DNA of 64,000 nt from assembly GCF_964204645.1 (NCBI RefSeq), contig NC_134030.1, positions 15,004,110 to 15,068,109 on the forward strand, written 5' to 3'. The translations under genes were made by a program, and so were the position numbers. The DNA comes from Tubulanus polymorphus (taxonomy: Eukaryota > Animalia > Nemertea). The stretch's first letter is position 1. The number at the start of each line of letters is the position of its first letter. Shown one piece after another: positions 47,491-56,057 of this stretch. Below the pieces are notes generated by a model. The model was not told the origin of the DNA. It saw nothing but the letters and a program-made list of their open reading frames with translations, and did not search any database.

Positions 47491-48456
47491 AAAATTCATC
47501 AATCAGATTTACACAATACATTATACAAGTTGTTCGGTCGTTTCTTCCAATACATCATTTGATTTCTATAAATACAATTTATAATTACAAACATTTTTTC
47601 AATTGCTGGTAAATATTTAACTACATCAACAAATGTTAAACTTAATCATTGGAGTCTTAATGTTTTTGAAATTCTTATATAGTTTCTTCGACGATCTTTT
47701 GGGCGATTCTTGTGTTTCTTGTGTTAATTTCTATTGGTTTGATATCCATTGCTGTTGATTCCTCAGTCAGAAAGAGTATCTTGAGTTTCTCTATCACTTC
47801 TTGATGCGTATGGCGTTTTACTAATCTAAAAGATATTAGCGGTAACTCTAACTATCTAAAAGATATTCTAAATACGCTTAAATATATCTAAAGGTTTCAT
47901 ATTTAATAGCCTTAATAACTACAACAAACAGTACTTACATTTAGATTTATAATTGTAAACTATAAACTCCTAATTTCGTTTCGAAAGATAGAATATCCTG
48001 AGCACAATATTACAGCGTATATCCCGTCATCTAGTTCCGGCGCGCCTTTCTAGAATATTCTCTACACGTTTCTGATTATGACGCGTCATCTCTATTCAGA
48101 GTTCCAGCACAGTTTGTAATATTATGAGTCATAATGTCTCGTTGTTATAGTAACAACTGTAACAGCTGTGAATTTATAGATTTATTCTATGGCTCTGTAC
48201 ATTGAATGTATATAGGCCCAAATAGAATCATGTTCTAGTATAAACATCTAGAACAAGCGTGTTGAGACTTGTAAATTATGAGATTTGTGATTCGCTACGT
48301 TCGCTGTATACACAACGTGTTGAAGTTGAAAAAAACAATAATAAAAGCATTTAGATTAATGAAATTAATTAACTCTTTACAATTGAAATATAAGCTGGTA
48401 ACATATGTTTACTAGAGCTAATACAACCAACTATATAGCTGAGTATTATCGGGTGT

Positions 48457-48630
48457 TTATAACGATTCAACATATTTTTCACCATGTGTTGAGTTCCTTA
48501 ATTCGATAAATGTCTTTGCTTTAACCAACTGGACTAAAAACAAATGTGTTATAGTTTTATTGTGTCTTGCTTTTTGAGACTTGTCTATATCGATATTACA
48601 TGTTGGGCAGTAGTATTTATTTGCTTCCAT
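48457..48630 (-). CDS. 57-aa chimeric ORF: polB first zinc finger fused in frame to an HNH-gene C-terminal tail
   Basis: Manual translation MEANKYYCPTCNIDIDKSQKARHNKTITH-LFLVQLVKAKTFIELRNSTHGEKYVESL*. Confidence 0.45.
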   Translation of the reverse strand: MEANKYYCPTCNIDIDKSQKARHNKTITHLFLVQLVKAKTFIELRNSTHGEKYVESL

Positions 48631-49089
48631 TTTAATACTATATTTTTTATTAAAATTGATTTTAGAAGTTCAATGATTTAAATGTTATTCATATATATGT
48701 GAATATTTTAAGAGTAATAGGGGTTTAGTTGTTTCGGGTTAAAGGTTTAATGATCGAGTTCATTAATAACAAATATTAAAAGTAATTAAAAAACTATAAT
48801 ATATTTTCATAACCGCGTGCATTTCGGTTGAATAATAGAATAATTATTATCATTTGAATATATTTGATTATTTAAATTTGTGTATTGTAATTAAATCAAT
48901 TGGTCGTGGAGCGGAGCGGTAGCGAAGCGGAGCGACCAATTGATTTAATACAATATGCTTTTTATATTATTGATATCTTATAATAAATATTTAGTTTTGA
49001 TATAAAATGCACGCGGTTATGAAAATATATTATAGTTTTTTAATTACTTTTAATATTTGTTTTTTAATGGGCTCGACCGTTCGACCTTT
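48542..49089 (-). repeat. Right TIR of copy C (fold-back 48713-49089, outer end deleted)
   Basis: Reverse complement of the left TIR of copy C. Confidence 0.95.
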
Positions 49090-49372
49090 ATTAAGGTCTA
49101 ACACTAAGAAAGATGATAATGAAAATGGCGCCGTATGGCACCGACATGGTGATATAGTTACAGATAAGCATTTTGATAATAAAGATTCTATGAAACTTAA
49201 ATCAGAAAATAAAGATATAGTTGAGATGACTAATAAGTATATCGATAAACCAATTATATATGAAGATACGGTAAAAAGGGTGAAGAATAAGTATAAAAAT
49301 AATGAAGAATTAGAAGAAGATTCGGTAGAGAATTTGAGAAAATTGTTAGGGTATGATAGTGAAAGTGATTAA
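49090..49372 (+). pseudogene. 3' part of the copy B MEGGK gene
   Basis: NTKKDDNEN...DIVTDKHFDNKDSMKLK...DSVENL...DSESD aligns to the C-terminus of 42158..43114. Confidence 0.8.
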
Positions 49373-49759
49373 GATATTAATTATATTTAACTCAAATAAT
49401 AATATTAGTTGAAAATTGTATAAAATAATATTAAATAAAAAAGGGGGTTTTTAGTATTTAAGGTATCTAATACATATCTAATACGTATCTAATACGTATC
49501 TAATACGTATCTAATACGTATTATTTGAAAATACCTTAAATTATATTTCTTTTTTAAATTTATATTGAAACCTCAGTAATAATAAATAACCTTTATTATT
49601 TTCAAACTTATTCATATATTAGTTGAAAAAAATAAAAATAAATTGGTTGAAAATTATATGAATAATATTTATTTTAAAAATGGGGTTTTAAGTATTAATG
49701 TATTTAATACGTATCTAATACGTATTTAATACACATTAGATAGATAGATATATAAATAG

Positions 49760-50371
49760 TTATTTTATAAACTTATATTCATAGGGAAATTGTAGTCTCA
49801 GTAATAATTTTGAACCTTTATTATTCTTTAATTTATTCATATATTCATCATGTAATTCAGTAGGTATGATTTGATTTTCTTCCAATGATTGTTGCATAGA
49901 TTTTCTATCGTTATTGTAGAATAAAACTAGAAATCTAATGTTTTCTCTAAAGTCTTTAACAATTGAATTATATTTTTGATTTAAAATCCATGTTGTTATC
50001 CCAAAATTTCTTCCAGAGAAAGCTAAATAACATAACTCACTTTCTCTAACTTTTGAATCATGTAAATTTGCGCAATCATCTATAATGAATAATGTATTTG
50101 ATCCTTTATAAGTATCAATTGCTATTTTAATACAATTATCTAAATTTTCTTTTACTGTTTTAGGGTCTAACATAATAAACTTTTTTATCTTATCTATGTC
50201 TCTATTATATGTTTTATTCATTTCATAAGTAGGACAGAATAATATTATATTATCAAAATGATTCTTATAAATAGTTTCTAACAAATCTAATATGAAATGT
50301 GTTTTACCACAGTTGGTTACACCAGTAACTAACATATTATGCGGTTCAAATATAAATAAATCTTTATTCAT
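49760..50371 (-). CDS. A32/FtsK-like packaging ATPase (copy B)
   Basis: GVTNCGKT, FIIDD. Confidence 0.92.
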   Translation of the reverse strand: MNKDLFIFEPHNMLVTGVTNCGKTHFILDLLETIYKNHFDNIILFCPTYEMNKTYNRDIDKIKKFIMLDPKTVKENLDNCIKIAIDTYKGSNTLFIIDDCANLHDSKVRESELCYLAFSGRNFGITTWILNQKYNSIVKDFRENIRFLVLFYNNDRKSMQQSLEENQIIPTELHDEYMNKLKNNKGSKLLLRLQFPYEYKFIK

Positions 50372-51455
50372 TTATTCTTTTAATTTTACTAGATAAAATC
50401 CATTCACTGAATTTATCATCATATCCTTTATATTTCACCTAAGAATAATTTTTTCCTTTAAGAGTTTTTGTTTTCAATACTTTTTCTATTTTGTATTCTA
50501 TTTCATCTGGATTTGGTACAAGTGATAATTCTTGTTCATAGAAATAACCTAATATTTCTTCATCTTTTAGATCTTCTAATTTATAAACAAAAGGTTTAGT
50601 TATTATTATCTTTTTAATCTTGAATATTTCTTCTGTAAAATTAGGAGTATAACCTTTATAAAATGTTTTTCTATATTTAGATATTCTAACGTGTTGTCCA
50701 ATTTTAAATTTAGGTTCTCCGAAATCATGTGTAACACACGCCCCATATAAATTATTCCAAACTATTTCTGAATTATCTTCTTTTCTAGCTTGTATAGGTT
50801 TCATATTTATAGAACTATGTTTAGAATTATTATAACCTTTCACTAAATCATCTAACACATCGATATATTTATATGTTTCATTAGCAGTAAAATATTTCCG
50901 CATTCTAGTTTTCAATGTTTTATTAAACCTTTCTATAATAGATGCTTTTTTATCTGAGTGTGTTGAAAAATATTCTACATCGTTATCAGATAATAGTTTT
51001 TTGAAATGTTTGTTATAGAATTCCTTACCTTCATCAAATTGTATCTTATCTGGAATAGCTTCTTTAAATATAGATTTAAAAGCATATGTCACTTCTATTC
51101 CAGTTTTATTTTTGATTGGAATTGACCATGCGTATCTACTGAATATGTCTATAACATTCAGTATCCAGAAATATCCTTTGTTGTATTCCTCTAAGTTCTT
51201 CATGTCAATTAAATCAGCTTGCCATTGTTGATCGATATATGAAACCATAACTTTTCTTGTTAAATAAGTTTTATCCATTTTCTTGTGTATTTGATATGTT
51301 GGTTGATTTTGTAACCATGATTTCAATTCAGTATATTTTATATCACCATTTTCTATATCAGATTTAATTTTATTCCATAATTCTGTAACGTTAGAATATG
51401 ATACTTCACTTTCTGGGTTATAATATATATCTCTTAAATATTGTTCTTTTTTCAT
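50364..51455 (-). pseudogene. int: rve integrase (copy B), frameshift in the chromodomain near 50445
   Basis: DDE motifs intact; tail shifted relative to 43901..44989. Confidence 0.9.
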
Positions 51456-51461
51456 CTTATT

Positions 51462-51821
51462 TTAATCCATTAATAATAATTTAGATTTAGTTTCAATGGC
51501 TTTATGATTTGACTTATTTTCTGGTATAATAGGTTTATTGTCATTGGAATCATCTTTATCATCAGATTTGAATTTTGATTTATATATTACACCGGATAAT
51601 ATAATAACTGTTACTAATCCAATTGTAATATATAATTTATAATTACTTCCAGCATTAGAAGAATTAGATGGATTATTATTTGAATCAATATCAGGTGATT
51701 CATTTATATCAGTTAATTTCTTTTTCTTAGCTTTTTTTAATTCTGAAGATCTTTTACCTAATTCTCTTGCCCATCTAATTTGTTTCTCGGATCTAGCCTT
51801 TTTCTTAACTCCATCACTCAT
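51462..51821 (-). CDS. 119-aa basic single-TM protein (copy B)
   Basis: Homologous to 44993..45352. Confidence 0.8.
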   Translation of the reverse strand: MSDGVKKKARSEKQIRWARELGKRSSELKKAKKKKLTDINESPDIDSNNNPSNSSNAGSNYKLYITIGLVTVIILSGVIYKSKFKSDDKDDSNDNKPIIPENKSNHKAIETKSKLLLMD

Positions 51822-52416
51822 TTATTTTAGTTAATTTTTGTTCTGATTCATTTTCTGTTTCACGGTTTGGTTGTAGTACATCTGTTTCATTCTTACCTGA
51901 TTTATATTCCATAGGTTTGATATTCGGAAATGTAATGACGCCAGTAGAAATTAATGTCATAACCGATCCTAATTGAAATGAAGCATAACCAACCCATTTT
52001 TGTAATTCAGTCATAACTAAGTAGTCGTTTTTCAAATCACAATATAATTTATTTTCATCATCAATTGGTATTAACTGGTTACATAACTTAGAATAACATT
52101 TGACAATACCATCTGAAATAGAATCATTTATTCGGGCTAATCTTGCCTCTTCATAAATCTTAAAATATTTTATTACTTTATTTGGTTTCATAGCATCTAA
52201 TTCTTGAAAAGTAATAATTCTATTTAAAAAATCTTTAGTTTTTCCACCGGCAATCAATAGTTCTAGATGATGCTTACAATATAAATAGTATTCATAATCA
52301 ATATTACAATTAACTTGAGCGCAATTAGTTACAACTGTATCTTTATTATCACTTATACCCAAATCATCTAATGTCTTTTCAATATCAATACTATTCTTAT
52401 TAGATTTCTTTGACAT
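51814..52416 (-). CDS. 200-aa uncharacterised protein (copy B)
   Basis: Homologous to 45345..45947. Confidence 0.85.
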   Translation of the reverse strand: MSKKSNKNSIDIEKTLDDLGISDNKDTVVTNCAQVNCNIDYEYYLYCKHHLELLIAGGKTKDFLNRIITFQELDAMKPNKVIKYFKIYEEARLARINDSISDGIVKCYSKLCNQLIPIDDENKLYCDLKNDYLVMTELQKWVGYASFQLGSVMTLISTGVITFPNIKPMEYKSGKNETDVLQPNRETENESEQKLTKINE

Positions 52417-52663
52417 TTATATTAGAGAAAAAAAGCAAAAAAAATATTATAAGTATTCTTCAAATGATACTAGTATCTCTTTGGGTTAATACTAGTTAGT
52501 TAAAGGTAAAGAATTTTAGTATTAGTTATTGTTTTTTTAGTATTTTTTATTTGTGATATAAAGTATTCTTTTTTGAAAAGAAAATATTAAAAATATAATA
52601 GAATTCACTAGCTAGTTGAAGTTATTGTTTTTTAAATATTTTTTATTTAAAATCTATTATTCT

Positions 52664-53335
52664 TTAACCACTCATTAAAGACTCAACGTATTGTTCATTA
52701 TTTGGATCATTGTTCCATTGATCAATAAATTTCTTTGCCTTTGTTAACTGTTCTAAATATAACTGTAAATCTAGTTTATTATATTTAATTATGTTTTCCT
52801 TCTTTTCTAAAGGTCTTAGATTCTTCCAATTCCAAATAAGTTTTTTATTGTATTCATCATTCATGTCAAATTTAGAAATCGGCAACACGTGATCAATATG
52901 AAAGTATTTACCATAATTATCTATATTCATTTTATCATCGAATTGATATATAATCCATGATTTTAAGAATTCATCTGAACAACCCAATAGATTAGATAGT
53001 GTTTCATAATGTGTTTCTTTGTTGAATAATTGTGTTAATCTAGATCGTAAGCATTGTTTCAATCTAAAATTAAGATCTGTTTGATATCTTTCTCTCATAT
53101 ATTCTGCCATATAATAATTATAATGTTCTATATTATCTTCTCGATATTGTTTGGTATATAGTTTAAAACAAGTTTTACAACAATATTGAAAACCATCTTT
53201 GCTAATCTTACGCTTACTATATTCTGTTAAAGCTAATTTATCTAATTCACATTTAGAACACTTCTTGTAGTATATATTTATAACACCAGAAGTGTTATTT
53301 GTAATATTGATAGTTTGTGGTTGTTCTGGTTCCAT
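52664..53335 (-). CDS. HNH endonuclease with N-terminal Cys4 zinc ribbon
   Basis: KKCSKC...KDG...CKTC; HIDHVLPIS...WKNLRPLEKKEN..K. Confidence 0.85.
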   Translation of the reverse strand: MEPEQPQTINITNNTSGVINIYYKKCSKCELDKLALTEYSKRKISKDGFQYCCKTCFKLYTKQYREDNIEHYNYYMAEYMRERYQTDLNFRLKQCLRSRLTQLFNKETHYETLSNLLGCSDEFLKSWIIYQFDDKMNIDNYGKYFHIDHVLPISKFDMNDEYNKKLIWNWKNLRPLEKKENIIKYNKLDLQLYLEQLTKAKKFIDQWNNDPNNEQYVESLMSG

Positions 53336-54263
53336 TTATTATACATATTTTTTTACTAAATTGGTTAATATTTTAGAATCCTCTTCCATTTCTTCGACCA
53401 ACGTCATCCTTTTTCATTCCTCGCTGCTTTTGATAAGTCAGTTTCGATTCCTTGATATCTAAATAATACCACTGAGCAAGACCGGGCATTCAAGCCCGGT
53501 TTGGATCAATGCGCATGCGTTAATCATAATAGAAACGACTGAACATAAAAATTCACCAAACAGATTTACACAATACATTATACAAGTTGTTCAGTCGTTT
53601 CTTCCAATACATCATTTGATTTCTATAAATACAATTTATAATTACAAGCATTTTTCAATTGCTGGTAAATATTTAACTACATCAACAAATGTTAAACTTA
53701 ATCATTGGAGTCTTAATGTTTTTGAAATTCTTATATAGTTTCTTCGTCGATCTTTTTGCGATTCTTGTGTTTCTTGTGCTAATTTCTATTGGTTCGATAT
53801 CCCCATTGCTGTTGATTCCTCAGTCAGAAAGAGTATCTTGAGTTTCTCTATCACTTCTTGATGCGTATGGCGTTTTATTAATCTAAAAGATATTAGCGGC
53901 AACTCTAGCCATCTAAAAGATATACTAAATACACTTAAATATATCTAAAGGTTTCATATTTAATAGCCCTAATAACTACAAAAAACAGTACTTACATTTA
54001 GATTTAGAATTGTAAACTATAAACTCCTAATTTCGTTTCGATAGATAGAATATCCTGAGCACAATGTTACAGCGCCTGTTCATTTCTTGCCACGTCATCT
54101 GGTTCCGGTTCTAGAGTGTTCTCTCCACGTTTGTAATAATGACTCATATGTCTCGGCGTCATAGTAACAGCTGTAACAGCTGTGAATTTATAGATTTATT
54201 CAATCGTTCATTACATGAAATGTATATAGGCTCAAATAGAATCATGTTCTAGTATAAACAGCT

Positions 54264-54717
54264 ATGCATTATTTCAATCACACTTTACTAACACTTTTAA
54301 TGTTTAAAAATCTAACTCACACAAATATGAATATTGAAATAATGTTGTAAATATATACCTTTATATTGAATAATCTGTCAATTTAAATGTTATTCATTCA
54401 CATGATTATTTTAAGAGTAATAGGGGTAATGGGCTTTCAGGTTAAAGGTTGAATGGTCGAGTTCATTAATAACAAATATTAAAAGTAATTTAAAACTATA
54501 ATATATTTTCATAACCGTGTGTATTTCAGTTGAATAATAGAATAATTATTATTATTAAAATATATTTGATTATGAATTTGTGTATTGTAAATAAATCAAT
54601 TGGTCGCGGAGCGGAGCGGTAGCGATATATTATAGTTTTAAATTACTTTTAATGTTTTGTTTTTTAATGAGCTCGACCCTTCGACCTTTGATCTGAAAGC
54701 CTATTATCCCTATTACT
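54264..54717 (-). repeat. Right TIR of copy B (same subtype as the left TIR of copy A); internal deletion at 54625
   Basis: Reverse complement of 1969-2530; ends ...CCCTATTACT. Confidence 0.93.
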
Positions 54718-54985
54718 TATAATTATGATATCCGATCTTCCGCTGACAACGTAAGTGAATTTTAGCGACGTGTCCATAGTGGTAAATTTTTTTAATTTCA
54801 ATTGGACTGTCACAAAAACGACCATGAAGACATCCAATGTCCAATGCGGTTTTAAAAGCATCTTCACATGTAATGAAAAGTTTCTGGTTTACTTTGTCTT
54901 TCGGAGTTTCCACATAACTGTTCGCCTTCAAATTCAAATCATCGTAGGATTTTTTTAATATCCAGCAATCCAATAAATTCTCCAT
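54718..54985 (-). pseudogene. N-terminal fragment of a possible Kolobok-like transposase, cut by the Polinton end
   Basis: KLFITCE...C..H..FC..P...GHVAKIHLRC pattern; ORF runs into the TIR; divergent from the 55347 ORF. Confidence 0.3.
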
Positions 54986-55346
54986 TACAGCAGCATTGCT
55001 TACTGGTCGCCCAGTTTGTTCAAAAATTAGGTTTTTTAACTTTTTTGAACTTGTTCATTATTGTTTCTTTGATACTTTCATCTCCTCCTATTTCAATTCG
55101 AAAGTTTTTTGCACGTTTTTTTGCGGAGCTTGGGCCTGGAATATCCATGTTGTAGTTGTGACTTTCTCAAATGATATGAAAAATTCTTCAAGGAGTCATT
55201 GGCCAGGGCACACTGACACATACGTTTCGATATATTTCTTTTTAATGGGCTGTTGCTGTGTTATAATCATAACTTTCATACCGTTAGTTTATGTCAAAAT
55301 GCAAAAGGCATATAATTGCCTTCGAAGTAAACTAGGGTAATTACTT

Positions 55347-56057
55347 ATGTTACCAAGCATTATATGTGTTGTGTCTTTTTGTATGCAGTGTCTCAGTCAT
55401 TTGCCCAAGAGAGCTCTGAGAAAAATGAACGCAAATTCCAGCACCCGTGTTATTGACTCAAGTGTCTGTGAAATGGATGAAACTTCGAGGAACGATGAAT
55501 ATACACCAAATCAAGTGTCTTCTATGATGGAGACAGAAGAGAATGATACAAGTTTTAGCACGAAAAAAGTATTCGCTATTATAGTGACTCCTGATCAAGA
55601 AGAGATAATCCGAGGATTTATGAATTTCAATGGTTGGGACGTTGAAATTGCTACTTCTACTTCAGAAATGAGTGGGGTAGACGAAATTGATAATCCATTT
55701 CACATTGACCAGGATGAAGACGAGGTGAAATGTGAACATTGCTTTTGTCGACCGTGTGTCACAGATATTTCAAATAAACAGTTATGGTGGGAGGAAAACT
55801 GTGAACAACCAGACGAATTAAATCCACGTAGGAGAAAAGTTGTATACAAGAGGTTTTGGACAATGTTATTCCATCGAGGCGCATTTAGTGATAATCGTTA
55901 CAAAGAAAAGAAGATAGCATGCCTTGAAAGTGATCCAACACGAAAAAACACTGTGTGGCATCGGAGAGATATTATGCCGGATTGTGTTTTGAAATTAGTG
56001 AGAACTTGGTATCCGAATCCTGAAAATCACCAGTATATGGGACACAAATGGAAATAG
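55347..56057 (+). CDS. Transposon accessory protein with a P2X7-ballast-like C-terminus (Kolobok-associated type)
   Basis: CEHCFCRPC, YKRFW, MPDCVLKLVRTWYPNP...YMGHKW resembles the LPSCVV..IR..FP....Y.GF pattern; intronless; AATAAA at ~56121. Confidence 0.45.
   Translation: MLPSIICVVSFCMQCLSHLPKRALRKMNANSSTRVIDSSVCEMDETSRNDEYTPNQVSSMMETEENDTSFSTKKVFAIIVTPDQEEIIRGFMNFNGWDVEIATSTSEMSGVDEIDNPFHIDQDEDEVKCEHCFCRPCVTDISNKQLWWEENCEQPDELNPRRRKVVYKRFWTMLFHRGAFSDNRYKEKKIACLESDPTRKNTVWHRRDIMPDCVLKLVRTWYPNPENHQYMGHKWK

Larger units (their letters stand above)
30721..49089 (+). mobile_element. Polinton copy C, nearly complete (~18.4 kb; 11 plus-strand and 5 minus-strand genes)
   Basis: TIRs 30721-31292 and 48542-49089 (outer ~28 bp of the right TIR lost); contains polB, penton, MCP, ATPase and integrase. 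Confidence 0.95.
13245..54717 (+). mobile_element. Polinton copy B: left end deleted, interrupted by a BEL/Pao element (20071-26390) and by copy C (30721-49089); right arm 49090-54717
   Basis: The MEGGK gene is broken at 30720 and resumes at 49090 (SNTKKDDNEN matches ANTNKDDNEN of copy C); right TIR ends CCCTATTACT at 54717. Confidence 0.85.

Noticed and set aside
47475-47545. Hammerhead ribozyme
   Set aside because: GAAAC is present, but there is no correctly placed CUGANGA core or three-stem junction.
47670-47820. Small minus-strand ORF (RHTHQEVIEKLKILFLTEE...)
   Set aside because: No start motif, and the frame is not preserved in copy B.
49007-49089. N-termini of track ORFs 49007..49372 and 1436..2029, and C-termini of 30280..30774 and 54664..54867
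   Set aside because: These parts are translated TIR sequence across insertion junctions.
1969-54717. Bacterial prophage or contaminant
   Set aside because: The rve-chromodomain integrase, nested BEL/Pao element and metazoan TE flanks show integration in an animal genome.
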